Source: an uncultured Eubacteriales bacterium
Lineage (GTDB): Bacteria; Bacillota; Clostridia; Christensenellales; CAG-138
NCBI GenBank assembly: GCA_900318765.1
Contig: ONLX01000122.1
Location: 1-63,307, forward strand
Length of the DNA: 63,307 nt
Direction of reading: 5' to 3'
Within the stretch, counting starts at the first letter, position 1, and the number at the start of each line of letters is the position of its first letter. The notes below the pieces were generated by a model. The model was not told where the DNA came from. It made no database searches and worked only from the letters and a program-made list of their open reading frames with translations. Shown here in pieces: positions 9,125-18,102 of the stretch. The translations under genes and the position numbers were made by a program.

Positions 9125-12100
9125 TCAGTCGAATCGTGCGGAGACGATTGTGCTGACGCCTTTTTCCTCCATTGCGACGCCATACAGGGTGTCACAAACC
9201 TCCATGCTGCCCTTGCGGTGCGTGATGATGATGAACTGCGTTTCGTCGGAATACTGTGTCAAATACTCCGCAAATCGGGAAACGTTTTCCTCGTCGAGCG
9301 ACGTTTCGATTTCGTCGAGCACACAGAACGCCGGCGCTTTGATCTTCAGCATCGCAAACAGCAATGCAATCGCGGTCAGCGCGCGCTCCCCGCCCGAGAG
9401 CAGCGACAGCAGCTGCAGTTTCTTTCCCGGCGGCTGCGCAATGATATCGATATCGCAATTGAGCACGTCGTTCTTGTCCGAGAGCCGCAGCTCTGCGTGG
9501 CCTCCGCCGAACAGCTTGACAAATACTTTCGAAAAGCTCTCCTGCACACGTGCGAATTCCGCAGTAAACGTTGCTTCCATCTGACGTGTGATCTGTGCAA
9601 TCAGCGTGAACAGATCGGCTTTTGCCTTCTCCAGATCGTCGTACTGCGTCTTCATCGACTCATACCGTTCGGAAACGGTGCGATAATCCTCGATCGCGGA
9701 AACGTTGATCTCGCCGAGCTCGCGGATCTGCGATTTCAGCTCATTGATTCGGCTGTTTGTCGCGCCGATCGGGATTTCACGACGCAGCGGCAACGCGTTT
9801 TCATAGGTCAGTTCGTAATCCTGGAAGATCCGATCCGCCATCTGCCGGCATTCCAGTTCGATACGGTCGATCGCCAGCTCGCCCTTATGCTTGCGCTCGC
9901 CTGCTTCGCGATATGCTTCCGCCAGTTCGTCACGACGCTGACGGTATCGTGCCAACAGCTCGCTCGTGCGCTGACGCTCCTTTTCCAATCGCTGCTGCTC
10001 GTCCTTCGCCGCCTGCAGATCGGTCTGCTCGCCCGCAATACTGCGTTCCATCTCGCTGAGCCGTTCCTGTGCGGTTTCGATCTGTTCCGTCATCGAGCGA
10101 TACTCGTTTTCATAATCCTCGATCCGCTGCATCGCAAGAGCGCGGTCGCGCGTCAATCGGTTCCGTTCGGCTGTACGCGCATCATCTTCCTTCTGCAGCG
10201 CCATCCGCGCAATCTTTCGCTCGGTCAAAGCAGCGTTCTCCGCTTCCCGCGCAGTACGCAGCGCGTTCAGCGACTGCTGCGCCACTATGATTTCGGTGCG
10301 GGACGCCGTATTGCTCTGCTCGATCTCGGCCTGTACCGATTGCGAGGCTTCCCGCCGCCGCTCGATATCTGCAATGCTGTCCCCGATATCCGTTCGCTCG
10401 TCGGCAATATCCGAAATGCTTTGCTCTGCGTCCTTCCAATCGCGCAGGATAATCTCCCGCTGTTCGTTCTGCCGTACGAGTTCCAGTTCATCCGCATGGG
10501 CTTCCTGCAAAAGCGCCTGCAGCTGCGTATCCGCAAGCACGATCTGCTGTTTGCAGGTCTCAATCTCTTCCTGCTTTTTCAGAACGGCCTTTTCCGCCGC
10601 CTTGCGTTGTTTGGAAATCTCTTCAATCTCGCGCTCGCGTCCGAGCAGCGAAGACCCGTTTTTTTTGACGCTTCCGCCCGTCATGGTGCCGCCCGTTGAA
10701 AGGAAGTCTCCGAGCAGGGTCGCAATATGGAACGCGTTCTTTGATTTCTTTTTCAGAGCAATCCCGCTTTCAAGGTCCTTGACGACGACGGTTCTTCCGA
10801 GCAAATAGTCCGCAACGACCGCTAAGCCCGGATCGCAGGTGATCAGCTCACTTGCAACGCCGATCACCCCATTTTCCTTCAGAAACGCGCGCTCACGCTC
10901 GTTCAGTGGATTCGGGGTCAGCATCGATACCGGCAGCAGCGTGATCCGGCCGAGATCGTTCTTACGCGCATACTCGATCACCGCCTTGCCCTCTTCCGCG
11001 GAACGCGTAACCAGATTCTGCATCGACCCGCCGAGCGACATCCCGATCGCCGTTTCATATTCCTTCGGCACGCGCAGCAATTCCGCCACGGGTCCGATGA
11101 TGCACTTTTTCAGTTGTTCGTCGCGGTCGGATGCCTGCATTACAAGTCGCACGCTGTTCTGATAGCCTTCATGCGAGCGCATCATATCGCGCAGCACATG
11201 TTCTCGGCTCGACAGCGCGCCGGCATTCTGTTCGGCAATCCGCAGCTCCTCCTGCCGGACAAGCAGGTCGGATTCGATCGAATACCGGTTGCTCTGCGCT
11301 TCCCGGTAGGCCGCGATATGCTCGTTGTGTGTTTGCTCGGCATCGGCACGCAGCTTGTCCGCCGCTTCCAACTCTTTCTGCAGAGAAGCAAGCTTTTCCT
11401 TTGCCGCCGCTTCCTCCCCGTCAAGCGCGTTCAAACGTTCCTTCAGGGAGGCAACCATCGTTTCGAACCGGGACGCATCGCTTCGCGCGTCAGCAAGACG
11501 GTTCATCGCCTCCATCATCGCGTTCTTCGCCGCGTCCAACGCCGATTCGCGCTCGGCTATCTCCGCATCCATCCGGGCAACAGCTGCATCGCCTTCGGAA
11601 ATCTCCCGATCCATGGCGTTCCGCGTTTCCCATTCCGTCTCGGAAAGTTCGGTTGCGGTAAGATCCGTTTCCAATGCAAGAACCTGCGCCTTTAACGCAT
11701 CGCGCTCTTTTCCGATTCGCTCGGTTTCTTTCTTCGCATAGTCACGACGCTCCACGAGCAGGTTGCTCTCTCCTACATGCGCTTCCACGCCGGAAAGCAT
11801 TTCGATCAGGCGATTCTGCTGCTCGGAAAGCTGCTCATCCAGCTCCCGAACCTGCGCTTCCAATGTTCCGGATTGTTCGGAAAGCTCTCGGTCATGCGCT
11901 TCGTTGTCGGAAAGTTCCGAGCTGAGCTGCTCTACGGTCTCGCGCAGCGTGTTCAACCGTTCCTTCTGACGGTCCGTCTGGTACAGAAACATGTTGACGT
12001 CCAGGTCTTTGAGCTCCTCGCGCAGTTTCAAAAACGTCCGTGCCGTTGCGCTCTGCTCCTCCAAAGGCCCGAGCCGCGTCTCAAGCTCGTTCAGAAGGTC

Positions 12101-12676
12101 CAGGAGACGCTCCATATTCTTTTCCGTTGCGTCGAGCTTGCGCTCGGCTTCCTCTTTGCGGGCGCGGTACCGCGTTACGCCTGCGGCTTCCTCCAACGCA
12201 ACACGACGGTCGCTCGATTTGTTGGATAAAATCTCATCGACCTTGCCCTGTGAGATAATCGAATACCCGTCCTTGCCGATGCCGGTATCGCGGAACAGCT
12301 CCATGATATCCTTCAGGCGGCACGTCTTGCCGTTCAGAACGTATTCGCTTTCTCCCGAACGATACATACGCCGCGTTACCGCGACTTCGTTGAATTCGAC
12401 CGGAAGTTTTTGATCGGAATTATCGAACGTCAGCGTCACTTCGCACATCGACTGCGGCTTGCGCGTCTGCGTGCCGTTGAAGATGACATCCTCCATCTTT
12501 GTGCCGCGCAGCGCACGCGCGCTCTGTTCTCCGAGCACCCAGCGCACCGCGTCGGAAATATTGCTCTTTCCGCTGCCGTTCGGCCCGATGACCGCCGTAA
12601 TTCCGCTGCCGAACTGCAGCTCGGTTCTTTTGGCGAACGACTTAAAGCCCGCAACCTCTAACTTCGTGAGTCTCAT
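9125..12676 (-). CDS. smc: chromosome segregation protein SMC
   Basis: 1183 aa. Walker A GPNGSGKSNISDA, long coiled coils around a hinge, signature LSGGERALTAIALLFA and Walker B FCVLDEIETSLD. The start overlaps the rnc stop. Confidence 0.97.
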   Translation of the reverse strand: MRLTKLEVAGFKSFAKRTELQFGSGITAVIGPNGSGKSNISDAVRWVLGEQSARALRGTKMEDVIFNGTQTRKPQSMCEVTLTFDNSDQKLPVEFNEVAVTRRMYRSGESEYVLNGKTCRLKDIMELFRDTGIGKDGYSIISQGKVDEILSNKSSDRRVALEEAAGVTRYRARKEEAERKLDATEKNMERLLDLLNELETRLGPLEEQSATARTFLKLREELKDLDVNMFLYQTDRQKERLNTLRETVEQLSSELSDNEAHDRELSEQSGTLEAQVRELDEQLSEQQNRLIEMLSGVEAHVGESNLLVERRDYAKKETERIGKERDALKAQVLALETDLTATELSETEWETRNAMDREISEGDAAVARMDAEIAERESALDAAKNAMMEAMNRLADARSDASRFETMVASLKERLNALDGEEAAAKEKLASLQKELEAADKLRADAEQTHNEHIAAYREAQSNRYSIESDLLVRQEELRIAEQNAGALSSREHVLRDMMRSHEGYQNSVRLVMQASDRDEQLKKCIIGPVAELLRVPKEYETAIGMSLGGSMQNLVTRSAEEGKAVIEYARKNDLGRITLLPVSMLTPNPLNERERAFLKENGVIGVASELITCDPGLAVVADYLLGRTVVVKDLESGIALKKKSKNAFHIATLLGDFLSTGGTMTGGSVKKNGSSLLGREREIEEISKQRKAAEKAVLKKQEEIETCKQQIVLADTQLQALLQEAHADELELVRQNEQREIILRDWKDAEQSISDIADERTDIGDSIADIERRREASQSVQAEIEQSNTASRTEIIVAQQSLNALRTAREAENAALTERKIARMALQKEDDARTAERNRLTRDRALAMQRIEDYENEYRSMTEQIETAQERLSEMERSIAGEQTDLQAAKDEQQRLEKERQRTSELLARYRQRRDELAEAYREAGERKHKGELAIDRIELECRQMADRIFQDYELTYENALPLRREIPIGATNSRINELKSQIRELGEINVSAIEDYRTVSERYESMKTQYDDLEKAKADLFTLIAQITRQMEATFTAEFARVQESFSKVFVKLFGGGHAELRLSDKNDVLNCDIDIIAQPPGKKLQLLSLLSGGERALTAIALLFAMLKIKAPAFCVLDEIETSLDEENVSRFAEYLTQYSDETQFIIITHRKGSMEVCDTLYGVAMEEKGVSTIVSARFD

Positions 12677-13380
12677 ACCGTTTTCCCCATGCGTTCCAAC
12701 GCGTCACGCGCGGCAGCCTGACCCGCGCTCTGCTTTGAATTGCCCTCGCCCGTTCCGAGCGTGCGATCCTCCAGGAGCACCGCCATTGTAAACACCTTCT
12801 GATGGTCGGGGCCTTTCTCATCCAGCATCCGGTAAACGACCTGCTTGCCGTGCGTCTCATGATGCACGATCTCCTGCAGGCGCGTTTTATAATCCTTATC
12901 AAGCTGCGGCTGCGCGGTAAAGTCCAACAGCGGCAGCACCGTCCGACGGATGAACGCTTTTGCGGGTTCCCAGCCGCCGTCAAGATAAATCGCCGCAATC
13001 ACGGCTTCGAATGCGTCCGACAGAATGGATGGTTTTTCCCGCCCGCCGCCGAGATCCTCGCCGTGGCTGAGCAACAGAAAAGCGCCGAGGTACACGCCCT
13101 TTGCCGCCTGAAACAGCGCAGATTCGCAAACGATGCTGGCGCGTGTTTTGGAAAGCCGGCCTTCCTGCATCTGCGGAAAGCGAAAATACAGCTCTTCCGA
13201 AACGCAAAGCTCGAGCACCGCATCGCCCAAAAACTCCATGCGCTCATTATCCTGCGGCTCACGCCGCCCTTTTTCACCTTTATAAAAGGAAGAATGCGTC
13301 AATGCACGCTCCAAAAGCGCGCGATTCGAAAATGAATATCCGAGCGCGGATTCGAGATCCGCAAGCCGATTTTGATTCAT
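12673..13380 (-). CDS. rnc: ribonuclease III
   Basis: 235 aa. RNase III signature ERMEFLGDAVLEL and a C-terminal dsRBD (GPDHQKVFTMAV...GEGNSKQSAGQAAA). Confidence 0.95.
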   Translation of the reverse strand: MNQNRLADLESALGYSFSNRALLERALTHSSFYKGEKGRREPQDNERMEFLGDAVLELCVSEELYFRFPQMQEGRLSKTRASIVCESALFQAAKGVYLGAFLLLSHGEDLGGGREKPSILSDAFEAVIAAIYLDGGWEPAKAFIRRTVLPLLDFTAQPQLDKDYKTRLQEIVHHETHGKQVVYRMLDEKGPDHQKVFTMAVLLEDRTLGTGEGNSKQSAGQAAARDALERMGKTV

Positions 13381-13402
13381 AGCAGTCCTTTCCGTGCCGT
13401 TT

Positions 13403-13432
13403 CCAAGCCGTTCGCAGATTCGAACGGTTTGG
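13403..13432 (-). promoter_or_regulatory. 12-bp stem-loop in the acpP-rnc spacer (rnc 5' leader)
   Basis: 13403-13414 pairs with 13421-13432 around a 6-nt loop. On the transcribed minus strand there is one C-A mismatch. No U-tract follows, so it is not a terminator. Confidence 0.35.
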
Positions 13433-13443
13433 GGACGTCACTT

Positions 13444-13469
13444 ACAAAAAGCCCGCACGGCGTGCGGGC
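13444..13469 (-). terminator. intrinsic terminator after acpP
   Basis: Stem GCCCGCAC/GUGCGGGC (13451-13458 pairs with 13462-13469) with a 3-nt loop, followed on the minus strand by UUUUUGU. Confidence 0.8.
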
Positions 13470-13492
13470 AGTCCGACGTACACTGTCGAAGA

Positions 13493-13717
13493 TTATCGGT
13501 TTTGCAGGTAACGGACAATATCGCCGACGGTTTTGACTTTGGGCAGTTCCTCATCCGGAATCTCCACATCAAATTCCTGCTCCATGTCCATCACAAGCTC
13601 CACGATGTCAAGCGAATCCGCGCGCAGATCCTCAATCAGGTTGCTGTCCATGGTGATCTCGGCGGGATCCAGATCCAACTGGTTTGCGATGATCTGACGA
13701 ACCTTTTCAAATTCCAT
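13493..13717 (-). CDS. acpP: acyl carrier protein
   Basis: Start moved to ATG 13717 ([14 protein letters not shown]...), with SD AAGGAGAA. Phosphopantetheine-attachment motif [13 protein letters not shown]. Confidence 0.93.
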   Translation of the reverse strand: MEFEKVRQIIANQLDLDPAEITMDSNLIEDLRADSLDIVELVMDMEQEFDVEIPDEELPKVKTVGDIVRYLQNR

Positions 13718-13764
13718 ATGATTCTCCTTGTTCTTTTCCCGTTTCCCGGGCAATGTACGTTTGT

Positions 13765-13793
13765 ATTTTATCGAATCCGTCGGCGTTTGTCAA
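13765..13793 (-). promoter_or_regulatory. sigma-A-type promoter of acpP
   Basis: On the minus strand, TTGACA (13793-13788), a 17-nt spacer, then TAAAAT (13770-13765). Confidence 0.6.
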
Positions 13794-13897
13794 CCGTTCC
13801 GCAAGAATTTACCGCATGCGTTGGAAATCAAAACATAAAAGCAGAGTATTCGCTACGCTGCCTTCTGTGGGATTGATGATGGTTCGATCAACGCATG

Positions 13898-14269
13898 TCA
13901 GCCGTTCGCATCGGCGAGCTCGTCGAGATGGCGGCCAAGCGTCTGATACATCGGATCGTTCGTCGCGCGGAGCACCTCGACCTCCGTCAAGGTACGCACC
14001 GTCTGCCGGCCACGCTCATCCAGAAGCGCATACCGCTCCAACAGCGTGCGGCTCTCGCGATCCAAAAACATGCCCTGCTCCCCGAGCACCGGTTTGATGC
14101 CGAGCACTTTGCAGATGGTCATGATCGTTGAGAACGAAGTCCCTCCGATCCCTTTTTGCAATGCCGTCACGATTGTCGACTGGGGAACACCGATCGCCAT
14201 CGAGAACTGCCGGACACTGCGGTACTGTCGCTTAATCTCCTTCTTGATCAACAGTGTTAATTCATCCAT
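13898..14269 (-). CDS. XRE-family helix-turn-helix transcriptional regulator
   Basis: Start moved to ATG 14269 (MDELTLLIKKEIKRQYRSVRQFSMAIGVPQSTIVTALQKG...), with SD GAGGAAG. Classic XRE HTH (SVRQFSMAIGVPQSTI). Confidence 0.75.
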   Translation of the reverse strand: MDELTLLIKKEIKRQYRSVRQFSMAIGVPQSTIVTALQKGIGGTSFSTIMTICKVLGIKPVLGEQGMFLDRESRTLLERYALLDERGRQTVRTLTEVEVLRATNDPMYQTLGRHLDELADANG

Positions 14270-14416
14270 GGGTCTTCCTCGAAATCCGCGGCGCGCTGGG
14301 ATTTTTTGATGCTGCGGATTTTTGTATATGATATCAGTGAAATCGAATTCCGTCAATAGAAAAAACCCCTATTTTTCTAAGAAAATTCGGTAAAATTATC
14401 TTTTTTGCACGCACGA

Positions 14417-14445
14417 TTGACGATTGCGAAAAAAATGGATATAAT
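14417..14445 (+). promoter_or_regulatory. sigma-A-type promoter of the glutamate symporter gene
   Basis: TTGACG (14417-14422), a 17-nt spacer, then TATAAT (14440-14445). Confidence 0.65.
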
Positions 14446-14480
14446 GGAAAATCATATATGATGAAAGGGACATTTTCAAG

Positions 14481-15896
14481 GTGACAACGAGCATTCAATT
14501 TTGGGATTTTGAAGTCTGGGAATTCCTGGTTGCGCTTGCCGGTCTGTTTTTGGCGATGCTGATCGCAAACGGATTGCGGCGCACCATTCCTTTTTTGAAA
14601 AAATCGCTGATTCCGAGTTCCGTAATCGGCGGTTTTCTGATTCTTGCGTTCATCGGCATCTTCCGCGCGATTTCCGGCAAGACACCGTTCAATACCGCTA
14701 CGATGGAGATGCTCACCTACCACGGATTGGGACTCGGCGTCGTTGCCATGACGTTTCAAAACGCTGACCGCCGCTCCGGAAAGGAAGCGCGTCGGGATGT
14801 GTTCAACTCTTCGCTGATCACGGTTTCCACCTATCTGCTGCAGGGCGTAGTCGGGCTTTGCATTACGATCGTTCTGTTCTATTTGCTCGGAAGCTGGGCG
14901 CAGTCTGGCATTCTGCTCCCGATGGGATACGGACAGGGACCGGGCCAGGCGTTCAACTGGGGCACCACCTATATGAACAACTACGGATTTGAGCATGGTT
15001 CAAGCTTCGGTCTCTCCGTTGCGGCCTGCGGCTTTATCGCAGCAAGCATCGGCGGCGTCATTTATCTGAACCTTGCTTCCCGTAAGGGCAAAAAGCGGAG
15101 CGCAAACGCCGAAGAGCAGGAGGATCTGACCGCCGCGGTCATTACCACGCGCGGAGAAATTCCGCTCTCCGAATCGCTCGATAAGCTGACTGTGCAGTTC
15201 GCGCTCGTCTTCACCGCATACGGGCTCGCCTATCTGATGATGCTCGGACTTTCCGCACTCTGCGATCTCGGCGGCGGATTCTTCGTGAACACCGTGAAGC
15301 CGTTGATCTGGGGCTTCAACTTCCTCTTCGGTATGCTTGCGGCAACCATCATCAAATCCTATTTCAAGATCGGCAAGAAGGCCGGATTTGTGCATCGTTC
15401 CTATACAAACGACTTTTTGCTCACCCGCATTTCGGGCCTGATGTTCGATCTGATGGTCGTCGCCTCGATCGCCTCGATTGATCTGTCGGCGTTCCGGTAT
15501 CGTGAATTCTGGATTCCGCTGCTGCTCATCTGCATTGCCGGCGGCGTGATCAGCTATTTCTACGTCCGCTTCATTTCGCGCAAGTTCTTTGCCGGATATG
15601 CGGATGAACAATTCCTTGTCATGTACGGAATGCTGACCGGAACCGTCAGCACCGGTCTGATTCTGCTGCGCGAGGTCGATCCGCTGTTCAAAACGCCTGC
15701 CGCGAACAACGTGATCTATCAGAACCTCTGGTCGATTCTGCTCGGCGCGCCGATGCTGCTGCTGATGGGTGTCGTTGCCCAATCGATGCAGATGACGTTC
15801 CTGACGCTCGGCATCCTCATTGCGCTGCTCGGTTTGATGCTCGTACTCCTGTTCCGCTCGAAGATTTTCCGCAAAAAGCAAAAAACAGCTGAATAA
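14481..15896 (+). CDS. gltS: sodium/glutamate symporter (GltS family)
   Basis: 471 aa polytopic membrane protein. The N-terminus LVALAGLFLAMLIANGLRRTIPFLKKSLIPSSVIGGFLILAF aligns by eye to the GltS N-terminus. GTG start, because there is no in-frame ATG upstream. Confidence 0.75.
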   Translation: MTTSIQFWDFEVWEFLVALAGLFLAMLIANGLRRTIPFLKKSLIPSSVIGGFLILAFIGIFRAISGKTPFNTATMEMLTYHGLGLGVVAMTFQNADRRSGKEARRDVFNSSLITVSTYLLQGVVGLCITIVLFYLLGSWAQSGILLPMGYGQGPGQAFNWGTTYMNNYGFEHGSSFGLSVAACGFIAASIGGVIYLNLASRKGKKRSANAEEQEDLTAAVITTRGEIPLSESLDKLTVQFALVFTAYGLAYLMMLGLSALCDLGGGFFVNTVKPLIWGFNFLFGMLAATIIKSYFKIGKKAGFVHRSYTNDFLLTRISGLMFDLMVVASIASIDLSAFRYREFWIPLLLICIAGGVISYFYVRFISRKFFAGYADEQFLVMYGMLTGTVSTGLILLREVDPLFKTPAANNVIYQNLWSILLGAPMLLLMGVVAQSMQMTFLTLGILIALLGLMLVLLFRSKIFRKKQKTAE

Positions 15897-15903
15897 ACCA
15901 AGC

Positions 15904-15934
15904 AAAAAATGCTCCCGGGTTCGGGAGCATTTTT
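15904..15934. terminator. bidirectional intrinsic terminator between convergent genes
   Basis: AAAAAAUGCUCCCG-GGUU-CGGGAGCAUUUUU: a 9-bp stem flanked by A- and U-tracts. Confidence 0.8.
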
Positions 15935-15945
15935 GATTGCGAATC

Positions 15946-16860
15946 TTATTTCCAAAGTTCGACGGGGTATATGCCGTCATCCTGCATCTTTTTGATTGCG
16001 GCCTGGAGAATCGGCAGATCCGGCCGGTTCGTTACGCCATGCCAGCGAGCGCTCGTCGAAAGCATCTCGATCGTAATCTGTCCTTCGCGCATCATATCAT
16101 CAAGAATGCGCGGAAGCAGATATTCGCACTTGAGCGGATTCTTCTTCACGTTCTCATCGAGCCATGCCGGGAAGCGCTTCTCAAATTCATCGAGCACCAT
16201 CGGCTGCAGACCGAAAAGATTCATCGAAACCGGCGTTTCGAAGGCAAGCGGTTCCCACGTTGCGCCGTCGTCTTCGGTAAAGGCGGCTGCGTCGCCGCGC
16301 TTTTCAATCTTGAGCCGTTCGGTCAGTGTCTTCAACTTGCCGTCTTCGCCGACTTCGCACACGCCGCGCGCAACGGAGCCGTAATCCGACAGCGTATTGC
16401 CGAGCGCATAGGCGACCATCGCGTTATCGCTCGGATCCCGCTCGACGGCCAGATAGTCGTAGATTTTGCGAAATGCGTCCGCGCCGTAGAAATCGTCGGC
16501 ATTCAATACGGCGAACGGCGCATCGAGCTCATCCTTGGCACACAGAATCGCATGGGCGGTCCCCCACGGCTTCACGCGTCCCTCGGGGATGCCGTAGCCC
16601 GCGGGCAGCTTATCGGGCGTCTGATACGCGTAGACGAGATTCACAAACGGACGAATGCGCTTGCCGATGCGCTCCTCAAAATCCGCCTCGATCTCTGGCT
16701 TGATGATGCAGACGATCTTCTCAAAGCCCGCGCGTTTCGCGTCGAAAATCGAATAGTCGATGATGACGTGTCCCTGCGCATCGATCGGCTCAATCTGCTT
16801 CAGCCCGCCGAACCGGCTGCCCATCCCTGCTGCCATGATCAAAAGAATCGGTTTTTTCAT
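15946..16860 (-). CDS. sugar-phosphate nucleotidyltransferase family protein
   Basis: 304 aa. The N-terminal loop LIMAAGMGSRFGGLKQ is typical of NTP-transferase (GlmU/LicC/RmlA-like) folds. SD GAGGAGGAAAG. Starts 12 nt downstream of the DUF2156 gene. Confidence 0.75.
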   Translation of the reverse strand: MKKPILLIMAAGMGSRFGGLKQIEPIDAQGHVIIDYSIFDAKRAGFEKIVCIIKPEIEADFEERIGKRIRPFVNLVYAYQTPDKLPAGYGIPEGRVKPWGTAHAILCAKDELDAPFAVLNADDFYGADAFRKIYDYLAVERDPSDNAMVAYALGNTLSDYGSVARGVCEVGEDGKLKTLTERLKIEKRGDAAAFTEDDGATWEPLAFETPVSMNLFGLQPMVLDEFEKRFPAWLDENVKKNPLKCEYLLPRILDDMMREGQITIEMLSTSARWHGVTNRPDLPILQAAIKKMQDDGIYPVELWK

Positions 16861-16872
16861 GTCTTTCCTCCT

Positions 16873-17778
16873 CTAAAATGGTTGTATCGTGACGAGATAC
16901 TTCTCAATCAATTCCATCGGTTTATACTGGAGTTTCGAGTACCGAAGGCCGGCATCTCCTCCGTCGTCCTCCCGGTTGACCGTGTTCACATTCGGGAAGC
17001 ACTTTACGAACGCCTGTGCCATCGCAGGATACGCCCCTGCAACATCCAGCCTCGCCTTTTCAACGTGAACATACAGCGTATCCCCCTTGACTTCTCCGAC
17101 CGAAAGCGCAAGCGCTTGTCCGCCGTCGATCAGGCAGGCTGCCGTTTGCCCGAGACGCTCACGATTGTGCAAAAGCTCCCGTGCGCCGCGAAGCTCATTT
17201 TGCTCCAGAAGCGGGCTGTCGGGATGCTGTGCCACATACTCGTCCAAAAACGCCTGCGCCGTCTGTTCGATTTCCGGCGTGTTGACAATGGCGCAAACCG
17301 CATTCGGATGCTCGCGCCAGAATCGGTTCACATGGTTCTTCTGTGTATGAAGCTGCTTACCGGAGTAGGTCCGAAAGGCATTCGCATCGTACAGATAATC
17401 CGCCCAATCCCGGATGCTCTCCGCCCGGACACGTTCCCCGTACCGGTCGCGCAACACGCCGAGCGCCTCCTCAGGAACAACGCAAAAGCGGAGCGGAATA
17501 TGATTCTTTTCCGCATCACATTCGATACAATCGAACGCACGGTCAAAGTCCCCACAGCCGATCGGAACGGTGTAGCAATCCCCGTATTCCCCATAATTGG
17601 CACGAATACACAGGCAATGATCCACAACCGCAAAGTAGGAAACATAGATATTCCGCCATTGATAGACCGCCCCGATCGTATTGTCACAAATACCATAGGC
17701 ATACTGCAAAAAATACGGTTCAAGCGAAAGATTATTCTGTTCCGTCAACAAGGTGAATGTACAATCATTGGTTTCCAT
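16873..17778 (-). CDS. DUF2156 (MprF C-terminal, aminoacyl-tRNA transferase-like GNAT fold) protein
   Basis: Start chosen at METNDCTF (17778), giving about 301 aa. Resembles stand-alone lysyl-PG-synthase C-terminal-domain proteins by eye (...YSGKQLHTQKNHVNRFWREH...LYVHVEKARLDVAGAYPAMAQAF...REDDGGDAGLRYSKLQYKP). The start is uncertain, with alternatives at 17784 and 17805. Confidence 0.55.
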   Translation of the reverse strand: METNDCTFTLLTEQNNLSLEPYFLQYAYGICDNTIGAVYQWRNIYVSYFAVVDHCLCIRANYGEYGDCYTVPIGCGDFDRAFDCIECDAEKNHIPLRFCVVPEEALGVLRDRYGERVRAESIRDWADYLYDANAFRTYSGKQLHTQKNHVNRFWREHPNAVCAIVNTPEIEQTAQAFLDEYVAQHPDSPLLEQNELRGARELLHNRERLGQTAACLIDGGQALALSVGEVKGDTLYVHVEKARLDVAGAYPAMAQAFVKCFPNVNTVNREDDGGDAGLRYSKLQYKPMELIEKYLVTIQPF

Positions 17779-17914
17779 AACCATCAGTATACCACAGATT
17801 TGCATTTTGGGAAGATGCGTTTTCCAAAAAACGCGGAGATTCTGATTGGGCAAGCAAGATCTTTCGCTCGGAAGAGTATCCTTTATATAAAATATATAAA
17901 ATCGACGAAAAGGG

Positions 17915-17943
17915 TTGACTTTTTTGGTATAACATGATAAAGT
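17915..17943 (+). promoter_or_regulatory. sigma-A-type promoter with upstream A/T tract, driving the ABC-importer leader
   Basis: TTGACT (17915-17920), a 17-nt spacer, then TAAAGT (17938-17943). Preceded by the UP-like tract TTTATATAAAATATATAAAAT (17883-17903). Confidence 0.6.
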
Positions 17944-17974
17944 ACGAATACATTCCGGAAGGAAAAGGAATAGG

Positions 17975-18031
17975 ATGAGCATTCGGTTTGCATTTGCATA
18001 CGGCTACGATTACTACTTTAGAAGGAAATGA
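17975..18031 (+). CDS. putative 18-aa Tyr/Phe-rich leader peptide MSIRFAFAYGYDYYFRRK
   Basis: ATG 17975 lies 5 nt after AAGGA in the purine-rich SD region 17957-17970. Stop TGA at 18029-18031. 7 of 18 residues are aromatic. The ORF is embedded in alternative RNA helices upstream of a terminator. Confidence 0.5.
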   Translation: MSIRFAFAYGYDYYFRRK

Positions 18032-18074
18032 AGTAGCTGTTTGTGTTATCCACCGGTGCCCGACAAGGCAATCC

Positions 18075-18102
18075 GCCGCACAAATGGCTGTGCGGCTTTT
18101 TT
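18075..18102 (+). terminator. leader (attenuator) intrinsic terminator upstream of the ABC substrate-binding gene
   Basis: GCCGCACA (18075-18082) pairs with UGUGCGGC (18089-18096) around a 6-nt loop, followed by UUUUUU (18097-18102). It lies 30 nt before the ATG at 18133. Confidence 0.75.

Noticed and set aside
17880-17905. A/T-rich TTTATATAAAATATATAAAAT tract considered as a dif/XerCD site or a replication-related element.
   Set aside because: It bears no resemblance to the Firmicute dif arms (…ATTATGTAAACT). It sits immediately upstream of a -35 box, which fits an UP element.
18040-18075. CCACCGGTGCCCG in the ABC-operon leader looked vaguely like a T-box core, so I considered a Trp/Tyr T-box or another riboswitch.
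   Set aside because: The sequence does not match the T-box consensus or orientation. The leader, about 150 nt from the predicted TSS to the terminator, is too short for stem I, II and III. The mini-ORF with alternative helices explains the structure better. An Rfam scan is still needed.
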